From assembly GCA_051294375.1 (NCBI GenBank), contig CM119264.1, forward strand, positions 13,040,813-13,104,812: a DNA stretch of 64,000 nucleotides, in the 5' to 3' direction. The translations under genes were made by a program, and so were the position numbers. The stretch comes from Paraspadella gotoi. Taxonomy: Eukaryota > Animalia > Chaetognatha. Numbering within the stretch: the stretch's first letter is position 1; each line of letters opens with the position of its first letter. Of this stretch, positions 1 through 12,802 are shown one piece after another. The notes beneath the pieces are model-generated. The model was not told the DNA's origin, made no database searches, and saw nothing but the letters and a program-made list of their open reading frames with translations.

Positions 1-176
1 GCCAGAAGTCAGAAGCCAAATTTTTGAATCGTGAGATGATGTTTCGTTCTTTTCGCGAACTACGTATATGCCTACTTAAATACATATTAACATACATGGA
101 CGAAACGTTTGTGCTGAAAATTATCTCATTTTCGCGCTTTGACCCACTTTTTATCCCTTTTTTTATTCGGCCGCAG

Positions 177-355
177 GTGGAACCGGAAATGCTGGAAATC
201 CGATGCTGGATTTAATGCTTCAAATGTCCTGCATGCGAATGCTTTCGCCCACTGTTCATCCTCCCGAACCTGGCGCCGCTCCTGCTGCCGGTGGAGGCAT
301 GATGGGCATGATGAGCATGATGGGCATGCCGGGCATGGGGATGTTCGGAAGGTGA
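177..355 (+). CDS. Last exon of an upstream gene encoding a Met/Gly-rich C-terminus
   Basis: Pyrimidine tract plus CAG acceptor at 176. Phase-1 reading GTGNAGNPMLDLMLQMSCMRMLSPTVHPPEPGAAPAAGGGMMGMMSMMGMPGMGMFGR-stop (TGA 353-355). A phase-compatible GTGAG donor lies at 31. Confidence 0.55.
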
Positions 356-1031
356 TCTGCGTCGAAAACCCGATCGAGACTGTCCGACAACTCGAACCGG
401 CTTGCTTGTTCGGATCCCAGCAAAATGCGACGATATTAATTTTTTCTTAATTCGAAATATATTTTTTTAAAAATGTTTGGAACTATGATCATTATCGAGT
501 ACTGAATGTTAAATGTTTGTCAAAACAATCGTTAAAAACAATTTAAAGTTGTGAAATTCATAATTTATTATTTTCATATAGATTTTCTCAAAAAAATTGT
601 TCGCCCGGTAAAGCGCCTGAAAACATATTGTTTATAAATGTAAAAATTATTCAGTTTTAAAATTATTCCTTTTTTTATTAATTTTTTTTATTCTGTTTTA
701 TTAAAAAAATTACTGGAGACAGGGCGACGGAAATCGAAAGAATTCGCGAAAAATCATTATCGCCAAATGTGACTGAGTTTGAAAAATGAAGGAGACGAAG
801 GGAAGCAATAAGATGACCTGCAACGTCAGGAAGGCCATCAATTTTATTCTCATTCTCATTTATTCTTCACTTCGGTTACAAGATTTGAACCCCAGACTTT
901 TACTCATGTTTATCTATCGCGATTTAAAACGGTAAAATAACAAATAAAAATACACGAGGAGAGACGAACGTCAAGTTAGGTCTTTTAAAAATCTTTATTT
1001 CATAAAAGGAAAATTTCAAATAAGTTTGTTA

Positions 1032-2802
1032 CTAATTTCTCTCCTCGAGACGAAAGTTCTTCGCCAATGACGTGGCATTCAATGTCTGTAACGAAGGAGC
1101 CGTCGCCTCCAACCTGTTGGCGCCGTAAAGCGACGCCGGGCCGCTCGACCTTTTCGCGCCATGGTTGTAAGGGGGCGGCACTAAATTCCACATCTCGTAG
1201 TCAGGATTTTGTGGCGCCGTAGGAGTCAACGACGCCAGGGATGATGGAGTTTCGGGGCGCGACGCCGAAGTCATCCATATATGATTAGGGATGACTAAGG
1301 CGGAGTTGACTGGCGGCGTCAATAATTCCGCTGGTGGCGGCGGAATCGGTGAAGGGGAATGACAGTTAGGCGAATCGTCGTTGGGGAGAGACGCCCAATT
1401 AGGCGTTGGAGTTGAAGTCGAGATGGCGTCCGTGTCGAGTCGATCGGCGACGGAGATAAGATCGGAAGAACTTCTCCGCCAGGCGGCGTTTGCGTCGACC
1501 AGCAATTCCACAGATCGCGTTTGGACGATTCGGTCGTCGAAGAAGTCGTCGTAATCGTAATCGTAGTTGTCGTCGGCGACGGCCTCTCCTCCGACCTCTT
1601 CCTCAGTCTCGCCCCTTCGTCCGGAACGAGGATTGTCCGTTCGGCGGCAGCACCACCAACAGCAGGCAGCGCAGACGCAGACGAACAGGAAAAACACGAC
1701 CGCAACTGAAGGACGTTTTGCATTTACATTAGGTACTGACATCGTGACCAACGCAAATTTTGCAACTAGAAACTCCCGAGTCGATCTTCTTTAGCCTTTA
1801 GGGTAAGTGAAGAACTCACCTATAATTGTAAGGATGACAAGTAGCCGTCGAAATTCAACGCATAAATCATCTTCCGCCTCACGTTTCCACGAATCGTGGG
1901 GAAAGACGTCTTCTCCAAACTTGCAATCGAATTCCCCGTTTTGCAATTTTGATAAACTGTCGGTGGAATAAAAAACAAGCGAATTTTACGATCGCCCGAC
2001 GAACAAGAATTTCTCTCCTCTAAGCTTCTCGCTTTCTCTTTCCCACTGAATCTCGATCGCTGCCGAGCAACATTTCCATACCACAACCTTCTAACAGGAT
2101 TGTAAATTTTTATGCTTTTTTTTTTCCTCCTTTTCTTGCCTATTTTTTCCGCCATTTCCATTTGTTTTAGAAATTTTCTCTTTTTTTTTATATCACTTGA
2201 TAGACTTCCATCTCAATATTAATATTATCATGAATAATGTATACGCTGCCATATGACACATCAAAATTGAATATGTAAATTTAACTCAGTCACAACATTC
2301 GATTTTAATTGCGCGTCACCCAAAGGTTCTAATTTTTTTTCTTACTCCTCAAACCCATTATTTTACTATTTCCTATTTTCTTCTTTCCTTCTTTCCCATC
2401 CCCGCCCTTCTCATACATTATTCCTTACGTTCCTCCCTCCCTCCTCGTTCCCTCCCTCCCTCCTCGTTCCCTCCCTCCCTCCTCGTTCCCTCCCTCGCAC
2501 TCGATGGTTTTCCCGTCGCAACATCGAAACTTCCTCGTCTTCTCCTCCAGGACGAGACGATCGCAGATATGAAGGCGACAGGTGGCGTCGCAGTCGTGAG
2601 GGAGGACGTTCAAGGGCTGGAATTAAGTTCTTTGATTGATTGATTGNNNNNNNNNNTGATTGAACGATGGATTGGCTTGATTGATTGATTGATTGGCTTG
2701 ATTGATTGATTGATTGGATTGATGTCGTTAAAAATATTTTAGGTGGGTTATTTTTGAATTGTAATTTTTATATCGTCATTTTCAGATTCAACCGAATTCG
2801 AG

Positions 2803-2854
<52 letters not shown>

Positions 2855-3566
2855 GTCTCTCTCTCTCTCTTTCTCTCTTCTTTCTCTGATGCGGACTAAT
2901 GTCTGTCTGACTTGTTCGTCATAGTTACAAAATTAGGGAGATTTAAAAAATTGTCAAACGGATGTTAGCCACATTGTATTTTAAGTAACTATGCCATATA
3001 GTATGTCATTAAATGCCCAGATGCCAATGTTTGGGGCTTAGTCGTTTTTGGTAGTCCAAAAACATCACCGACCTTAATAAATAAAAAAACTTACTTCTTT
3101 TAAGTTTTGACTTTTAATTCAAGTTATTCCGTTATTCAAGTTATTCAAGTTAAAAACGGGAAAAAGGGCGTAGCTTTCTTAAGGAACCACCACAATCCAC
3201 GTTTATAAACACAAAAGAGTCATGAAAGTTCGAGTAGCATTGAATATTGAATATAAAAGTTATTTCCTTAGATCAGGAGTTAACATAGTAACTTGTGGGT
3301 TCGAATTCAAGAGAAACAAAATCTCTATTTGTCTATCTACAAAATCGTACAAATTTAGTTCCTGTTATTTAGTCAACGTTGAAATTACATTACAATTTGG
3401 CTAAAAACAACATAAAACAGCTTTGGCTTACAGTGAGTTCTTCTATGGCGTTTTTGCAATCCTTAGGGATATTTTCCAAGGACGCCGAGGCCGAGGCCGA
3501 CGCCAGAAACAGGAAAGACGCCGAAAGAATGGCGTTGTAGAAAACGCCGAGGTTTGTCGAAATCAT
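1032..3566 (-). CDS. Single-pass membrane protein: signal peptide, degenerate LDL-receptor class A module, TM helix, Cys cluster and Pro-rich tail with PPPY (LDLRAD-like architecture)
   Basis: Phase-consistent GT-AG exons 3566-3432, 2616-2501, 1956-1820, 1705-1032. Signal peptide MISTNLGVFYNAILSASFLFLASASA; LDLa-like FRCCDGKTIDLSKLQNGEFDCKFGED; TM LLVILTIIVAVVFFLFVCVCAACCWWCCRR; tail LVPPPY. Confidence 0.75.
2430..2497. repeat. Short tandem repeat of a ~19-nt unit (CCTCGTTCCCTCCCTCCCT)
   Basis: Three to four near-identical units visible in the intron next to a splice donor. Confidence 0.75.
2647..2656. other. Assembly gap inside an (ATTG)n microsatellite
   Basis: Run of 10 N. Confidence 0.99.
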
Positions 3567-3811
3567 TTCGTAGGAGTTGTTGATTCTTCGGGATTTTTCG
3601 GTACGTGCTTTTTTATTTGCTGTTTTATAACTCTGCTGGTGGCTTTGGTTTATATTTTTTTTTAAAAACTATTTAACGGTTACCCGAGAAAAACCCTGTC
3701 GGGTATTACATTAACCAGAGACCTTTGTACTATTTTGTATTTTTATATTGGATTTAATCCGCTTGGAAAGGAGGTTCTCGAAACGATTCGCAAGTAAGGG
3801 AATAAATCAGT

Positions 3812-3891
<80 letters not shown>

Positions 3892-4622
3892 CAGGTTTTT
3901 AGCCAATGAGGAGAAGATATCATTGAATACATTAAATATTTGGTTATTTGCGTTTTTAAACGCAGTGAGACATAAATTGTATAAATAACAATTTTTTTTT
4001 TGACCCCCTGTTTTCATTCCCTATCCTTCTCCTCCTCCTCCTGCTCCTCTTCCTTTTCTTCTTCCTTCTCCTCTTCTTCCTCTTCCTTTTCACGCAAATC
4101 CAACGTCTCTAACTCGTTTACTTCCGGTTTTTTTTTAACGTTAAGTGTTTTTTTCTTCTGAGTCCTACGCATTTTTTTTTTGGTCCTATGCTGGATGACT
4201 AAAAAAAATGGTTATAATATTATTACGTTTTTATTAAACTTGGTTTCCTTGTTGTATCTTGAGAAATATATGGACTAATATATGGATGTTAAATTTCTAT
4301 CCTATTGTTTACTTATTATCACAACTTCTTTTATATAGTTACTAATATAATTTCAAAAAACACTGTTATAAAATGGTTTAAAATGGACTAATGGAGTAAT
4401 TTTTTGAATAAATTTCTAATTGATGGTTTGTTGAAGGGACGTTCATTGCTTATCGTATTTTTTTAAATTTACTTCTAGTATCTATTATATTATATCTTTT
4501 GGCCTAAACGTTTTTAGATTTACTTTCAAACAACAGTCAAAATTCAAAGCCAAAGTTTTGCAAGAATTTGCCAACCCGCCGTATGATCGACTACCGATGG
4601 AAAACTAAACTCCTCAAAGATA

Positions 4623-6112
4623 ATGGGAGGAAATTACTTCTACAGCGAAGACGCCTCGTGTTTGGAAGAAAATTCAACTTTGGAAGGTGAGTGTGATCGA
4701 GGTTTCGAGTGTGATCTAGTGTGATCGAGTGTGATCTAGTGTGATCGAGGTTTCGATGACCCATATAAGTTTTTTTTTTGGAAGACGATGAACGGGAATC
4801 GATTCGGATAACGAAGAGCGCCTCTTACGTCATAGTATAGAGATAAATTGCTCATTTAAATTAAAAACAACTCCACCCCTTTTTTTATTCACTCAACGAA
4901 TCGATGTGATAAATATACATACCGCCGTACGTAAATTGATCAAATTTTAAAACAAACAGATTTTGTTTCGTGGATTAATACAATTCGAATTTTAATCGGA
5001 TTTGTTCAATTTCCGTATGAATATGTTGCGTTCGTGGATAAAGTTTTAAATTTGTCATTGTTAGTCGTGTGGTCGGTGGGAACTTTACCGTAGTTTTTTT
5101 TTTTTTTTTCAAATACACAAGAGACTTGGAAAATTCATTTTTCCGTTTCCTATAAAACTTATAAAATTTAATCGTTTCCTAGTAGTTGCTCACGCCATCC
5201 TTAGCTTCAAAAGATTTCCGATGAATGACCTTCTGTTCGATGCCATAAAAACGACAGGTTTGATTGTGATCCTCGGGGCAAAGGTGGCAAAGACGGCAAA
5301 GACGGCAAAGATGGCAAAGGTTACAAAGTTGGCTCCGATATAAATAAATCTTCATTTAAGGAAAGAGAAGGAGGCAAGAGGTCAGCGAATATCATTTTGA
5401 AAGTTGGGACAACGATTTTTTTTTTATTTCTGCCACCTCAATTCTTCCTTGGAAAATAGATAGCAAATACAATCAAAAATATTTCAAATTATTACTAATT
5501 TCATTAATTTTCCATGATTATAATATATATATATATATAATATACGCAAAACTTATGGAAGGTTTGTGAACCCCCACCGCAGTCATGCTTCTTTTTTTTT
5601 CATTCCTGTCCGAGATAAGAGAAAGAAGCAAAGCATAAAGGGAGATAATGTCTAATTCCAATCGAATCCTTTTCAAAGGCCGCGTTTAATTTTTTTCCCC
5701 TGGTTTTAATACGATTATAAAATTCTGTGTTGAGGGCGACTGACTCAATTGATTCCATTGCATTGCATTATAACTTACTCATGAAAATTTGTTATAAAAT
5801 ATTCTTTGCATTCCTTCAATTTTTACAGATAATAAATTTGAATTCTTCTTTTAAATACATCATTTTTCCGACATACATATCAGAAACATAATATTTATTG
5901 TTTATAGTTTCATTCATATATACTTGGTCACTTTTATCGCTAAACTTTAGATCGATGTGATAAAAAAAAATCGATTGAAAAAATTTTTTAAAACAGCATA
6001 CTATGACTGCTCGACGCTCTTATTATTATTAAGCTTTAAGTTCATGTTTTTTACCTTGACCCCCCCCTAAAAATAATATAAAAATAGATCAGTTTATTCC
6101 GACCTCTTTTTA

Positions 6113-6195
<83 letters not shown>

Positions 6196-9100
6196 CTCCC
6201 TCTCTCTCTCTCCTCCCTCTCTCTCTCTCTCTCTTCCTCTGCTCTTTCTCTCGCCTTCCCCCCTCTCTCTCTCAGTGTGTCACCTTCTAAATGGTAGTTT
6301 TTTAAATTAAGGTTTAATTAAACTAATTAAATTTAACATTCTTTCCGAAAAATATTATTTTATGCAATTTCGCTTTGATTTTATCGCGAATCACTCGCAA
6401 CGATCTTCGAACGGCGGAAGGCTGTCAATGACGTCACAGAGTGATCCTTTCACCTCCTAACAATAACGACGACGACGACGACGACGACCTGAATACTGCC
6501 AAAAATAGAGTGGTTAAGTGATATTTTTTTTTCTTGGCTCCTCCTGTTTATTACATTTTGTTCGTCAACATTATTTTTGACGAGGTTCACTCTTACCCAT
6601 TTTTTTGTTTTGGTTATTTTTGTCTTGTTTTGGTCACGGATTTAATCGGTTTTTCTCTTTGAAGGGCAATATCAGTCTGTCATCATCCCTTTAGTCCTCG
6701 ATATTGCAGTTAGTCTTCCGCAACGGTCTTCTTGTCATTTGTGATTTCGCTTCTAAGAAGCGACTAACTTTGCCAAAAACGGAACGAAGAAATACTAAGA
6801 AAAAATGGTTAAAAAAACCTACCCGGACCTAGTCTCCGTTTTACATTTTCCCTACAAGTGCAATTGTCAGACATATCTGTTCAGAGTAAAAAAAAAACCC
6901 GCATTTAATGCGGCATTAAGCTAATACTCTTGCCATGATGAGAGGCGCTATTTAGCAATTAATACTTAAGTTCAGTCGTTTCGCTCATAAGAAAATTATG
7001 ATAGCCAGTTATTTGCAGAACGGAGAGAGCGAAAATGACGTATACTGTGGTGGTATATTCACACCGCCTCACGTCCACCATCGTTCAGCCAAATCCATTG
7101 GCTCAGAGGGGAAACACTCCATCCCAGGCGTTGTGTTTCATCCACAGTCCTAACGAATTCCCTCTGCGTTGGCAAAGCGAGATCGTCCTAGGGTAACCAT
7201 GCCAGTGATTGGAGGCGTCACTGAGAGTCGTAAGCCCCCTAAGGCCAACAGTGAGATGCCCCATCCCAATGGGCATCACAGGCAACCCGGATGTTGCCAT
7301 AAGTGGTGAGCCCTACTATCGAACACGCAACCTTCTTAGGGTACACTACGACAAACGCCTATGGCCCTGGGGTACGCTATGACAAACGCCTATGCCCCCA
7401 CAACTCGCTCTCTCTCTCTCTCCCACTATGGTAACAGTCTTGTCAGACACCCCTCAGGCTCGAGGAATCTGAGTGATGTCTTGGCCCGGGGATCCTGTGG
7501 CAGTATATTCACACCGCCTCACATCCACCATCGTTCAGCCAAATCCATTGGCTCAGAGGGGGAACACATCACCCCAGGCATTGTGTTCCATCCACATTCC
7601 ACAGTCCTAACGACTTCCTTCTGCGTTGGCAAAGCGAGACCGTCCTAGGGTAACCGCGCCAGTGACTGGAGGCATCACCGAGGGTCGGAAGCCCCCAAAG
7701 CCAATAGTGAGATGCCCCATCCCACTAGGCATCACAGGCAACCCGGCTGCTGCCATAGTACGCTTCTTGTTATATGTACAATTTTAATCATATTAATACA
7801 GTCTCTTCTTTAAAGATACATTTAATAATATGATTATAAGGAAACGATGAAAAAATCTAGTTCTTTTCTCGTTTGAGATTATTATCATGAGTATTCGAGA
7901 TTTTTTTTATTGCTGAGTTTTTTTCTTTCTTGTCGCGGGGGAGTTTTTGGATGGGAAATATGCTAATGCGTTTCCTTATCGCGTCCCCTGTCCCACGCAT
8001 GCTCTCTCTCTCTCTCTCTAAATATACTTATTTATTATAAAAATGTACCTACCGAGAGAGAGAGTATACAAGAGAAAAAAAGAGATGCATAACGCATATA
8101 CTTCATACATATATCTACATGCATTTATATTTTCCTTGGTTTCAGATATACTATAGTTCTTTTAATTTATGTTTTCCATTTTTGTCTATCATTTCGCCTT
8201 TCTCTTGAATCTGCCAGCTGCTCCTTCTTGTCCGCCGATTTGGGATAGGGTGTTGTGTTGGTCTCGCGCAGACGTTGGGGAAACCGTTACCAAACCATGT
8301 CCAAATCTGCTTCAATCACCGACGGGTAAGGAATTCGATAGAATTACTTTTTTTAGTAACATTTAGTAACAAATTTAATCACAATTAACCCTTGCTTTGC
8401 TTTGACTTTAGATGGTCCCTATATTTCCAGAAGTCAAGACATGACAAAACAATAGACGTCCCTCACTAAAATTATTAAATATAATAATTTACAATTGTAC
8501 ATACCTACGAACTTGGTACAACAAATATAAAAAATATTCATTCATTCAATAAACAAGTCTTGCTATTCTAAATCTAACCCACGAAAGAAATTTTGATTAA
8601 ACCTTCCACTAATACCATATCAATTTAGAAGATTACTAACATTGCGACGAAGGCGCAAATTTTTTAATTTTTTTTTAATTTTAATTTTGTATTTCACTCA
8701 TGAAAGAATCTAACTGAACCTGTGAACTTTCTTAGGCGTCTTCGCTTACCGCGTCTGCCTGGAATCTGCCTCTTGGAAATGGGGAACTTGGACCAACTAC
8801 ACTCTGTGCCTGATCCATGAGAGCGAGAACGGGACAAAAGGGGTAAACCTTTAACTGATGATGCGGAGGAGTGGAGTTATGCTAACTTAGCGGGGTACCG
8901 CCGATATCAAACTCACAACTTAACGATGAATCTAAACCAACTAAATTAAAATAAACAATTAAACACGCAAGGCGCATTTGGGATGGTGCAATACTCCTCT
9001 CAGCCAATGTTATTGGTGTAGTGGAATTGGAGTTTTTGCTACATAAACATCAATTTGATAAAAGCAAAAACGGCTCGAGCCGATGTCTATGCATAGGAAG

Positions 9101-9319
9101 TGACCTTCTCCCCATTTATCATCTCGCATCTCGAAAAGGTCGACGACGACGACGACGACAAAATCGACGAGATTCAGCGAAAGGAATTGATCGATTTTTA
9201 CCGACGAATCGTCAGAGAGATTTATCTCTATGGTTCTGTGCTCAACGTTTTGGTTCTATCCCTAGTAATCCTTATCTACTCCTATTTCAGGTCAGTTGAG
9301 AGCCAATCATGACAATTTA

Positions 9320-9414
<95 letters not shown>

Positions 9415-10603
9415 CCTCCCTCTCCCTGTCTCTCCCAACAGTCTCTTCCTTCCGCAGACCGCTCCGCTGTCCGCGTATCACCATTCACAAGCACCTGTCC
9501 TACTCTTATCTCTTTCGAAGTTGTTTTTTTTTCGTCAATGTCGTCGTCGCCGTTGGAGTCAAGGATTTTCGAGACGCGAACGTGAGTTGAGTTAATAAGA
9601 TTTTTTCTAATTCACTTAGACAATATTTGATCATAAAAGCTCTCCGCTTCGTCCTTCCAGCCTTGGTTCTGCAAGTCGTTCGTCTTGATCAACATCTACA
9701 CGATGACGACGACCTTCTTCTGGGCCTTCAACGAAGGCTTCTTCATCGTCAGAACCGTCGTCCTCGATGTCTTCGCCGTCAACACCCGACTCTACGAATA
9801 TTTTCTCATCGGATGGGGTCGGTTAACAAATCAAAGTCTTTCATATATGTAACAGAATTATCATTTTTACCTCTATTGCTTTCCCGGCTAGTCACTTTCA
9901 ATACTTATCATTTACAATAGCTACGATCACTGAGACTTGTATGGTACCACCTCTGTATATATATTATATTATGGCAACAGCCGGGTTGCCTGTGATGCCC
10001 ATTGGGATGGGGCATCTCACCGTTGGCTTTGGGGACTTCCGACCCTCAGTGATGCCTCCAGTCACTGTTTACCCTGGGAAGGTCTCGCTTTTCCAACTCA
10101 GAGGGAAGTCGTTAGGACTGTGGATGGAACACAACGCCTGGGATGGTGTGTTCCCCCTCTGAGCCAATGGTATTGGCTGAACGATGGTGGACATGAGGCG
10201 GTGTGAATATACCGCCACAATATAAGTAGCAATTGATTATCGATAGGAACGAAACGAAAAAAAAAATCTTCTCAATCAATGCTTGGCGACACTTTTAATG
10301 CGTGGTTCAGATTCGATGTTCATATCGTTTTCTCACAGGCGCGCCGCTCGCGATAACGATCCTTTGGCTTTTGGCCATGCTCTTGGTCGACACAAGTAAG
10401 TTGCTTAGCGAAGGGAACAGAATGAGCCCACTGTGATGCGAGGATACGCTTAATCGCATAAGAACCAACGGTTGAATTTGCGTAAAATTGACTGATTTAA
10501 AAAAAAGACGCAAAAAATCTCGGATTTGAATCCAGCGTCAATTTATAAACATTGGATTTCCCGAATGCCTCTTTGACTTTGGCATTGAGGAGAGAGAGAG
10601 AGG

Positions 10604-10684
<81 letters not shown>

Positions 10685-11052
10685 ATGGATCCGGCGAAAT
10701 ATAACTGCATAAAAAATAATGCGGTTTCTCTCGGCGATGATGCTTTCTTTCTAGTCACTTATACCAATGGCGCATCACTGATCTTCTAACCTGAGTGAAC
10801 CTCTCACCAGCACAGTTTTTTCTCTCCGGATTTCTTCCTGTCCGCAAGGGAAATAAATGTGTCGCCCGAATGAATTTTCCCGGAATAGAAAAGGAGCCCG
10901 CCGCCGGCGACGCCGGCGACGCCGGCGACGACGGAGACGGGCAATTGGGCAAATAACGAGGTCGACCCCTTTCAATTCCCACCTGACACCATCGCGGAGA
11001 AAGCGAGAGAGAGAGGAATAACCTCCAATTAGAGTTTCCTTTTTCGAGAGCG

Positions 11053-11099
<47 letters not shown>

Positions 11100-12524
11100 T
11101 TACCCGTTTCCCCAACATGAACTTGTCGGCGATGTATTTAATTATTATTTATTTATTATTATTATTATTATTTAAGTATTTAATCATTAGGCGAATAATA
11201 TTAATCCTATTAGTATTAGTAGTAATACTATATCTATCTAAATTATAAGCGCCAACAACATTTTCCATTCGACGAATCAGGTGACCTCGACGCCTGTTGG
11301 GCCGGATACGCCCGCATGAACGTCGCCTGGATTTTCCTTGCGCCGATGATCGGGACATTGATCGCCAACGTCGTCGTCATCGTCGTCGTCGTTTGGCTCT
11401 TGGTCACCAAATTAAAGGCGCAAAACGCGACGGAGAGAGAACAATTGAGGTGAGTCGAGTTGACCTCGTTATTTCTTCTTTTTTTTTCGTCATTATAATT
11501 CTATTCTGGTCTTCATTCTCTTTCGGTATTATCGTCATTTTGGTAAACAAGAGATTACTTCAAATTACCCCGTTTAAATTTCATTATGATAGATTCCATA
11601 TATTCATCACCCTCATTAATCTTAAAATCGTCATCGTCATCGTCATCATCATCAATCACAAACATCATTATTGAAAAACAAAAATAGCGACACCACAAAT
11701 CATTTCAACTTATTTGGCGACGCCAAAAGTCGAGATTGAAGGTTCGCGATATTAAGGTCTAGTTTGTTCTCCGGCATTTTTAAACTTAACTCACGAAAAA
11801 CCTTCTGATCTTTTTACGTGATATAAACATGGAAAAATAAAATAATTATCTTTTATCCTTTAGATTTACGTAAATTTCATGAAAGGCAAAACAAATATTA
11901 TTTAATTCCGAAACAATGTTCGCTTAATTTAACAGAAAGTTGAAAATATGCTTTGTCAGAAGCCCCTCTTCCATTCCAACAGTCGAGCGCTTAAATCGAT
12001 TCTGGTTCTGGTTCCACTTTTGGGAGTCACTCACTTGATCTTTCCTTTCAAATTCAAAGGCACCAAACAAGAAATCATCTACAGGCGAGTTTAACGGAAA
12101 ATTCTATAACAGGAAACTTGATACAAGTCACTTACAACCGTCAGTAGAAACTCATTAGATGATAAACGAGCCTCATTTTTCGTTTCGTTTGACACAAATG
12201 ATGATTAACTGATTCGACGCAGGGTTTTCAACGCTGTCAATCACAACATACAGGGAATCGCCGTCGGGATCATGTACTGTTTCATGAACAAACAGGTATC
12301 ATTAGTCGCAATACGGTTGAGGTCTTTTCGTCAATCGAACGAGTAAAACCAGATCCATGTAAGAGTTTTCTTTTTCCTTTTCCCACCTCCCTTTCTCCTC
12401 GACGCGCCCCAGGTTCAGCTCCACGTCTGCCGAAAATGGAAGAGTTGGCGCCACTTAAAGTCGGAGCGGAAAAGGTTCGCCAAAAAACTGGAAGACGGAC
12501 AACCTCCTGAAAGGAAGGTATACC

Positions 12525-12590
<66 letters not shown>

Positions 12591-12735
12591 TGAGAGAGAG
12601 AGAGAGAGAGAGAGAAAGGGGAAAAAAAAGATCAACCAAAATGACCAACTAAAATGAGAGAGAGAGAAAAAAAAAGAATGAGAGAGAGAAAGAAATAGAG
12701 AAGAGGGAGAGAAACAGAGAAAAGTAGAGACTGAG

Positions 12736-12802
<67 letters not shown>

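Noticed and set aside
7146-7195. Hammerhead ribozyme in the LTR (CTAACGA...GAGA...GTC)
   Set aside because: The core deviates from CUGANGA/GAAA and stem I cannot form; the twister fold explains the region far better.
8853-8930. Hammerhead or C/D snoRNA suggested by CTGATGA
   Set aside because: No GAAA-closed stem II and no D box with a terminal stem could be assembled.
7103-10206. ORFs inside LTR copies (MATSGLPVMPIGMGH..., LTTSFCVGKARPS)
   Set aside because: Chance ORFs in a GC-rich repeat; frames are broken by indels among copies.
10197-10219. Helitron 3' end suggested by the terminal hairpin GGCGGTGTGAATATACCGCC
   Set aside because: Copies have 4-bp TSDs, lack a CTRR end, and occur as paired direct LTRs around a PBS-like site.
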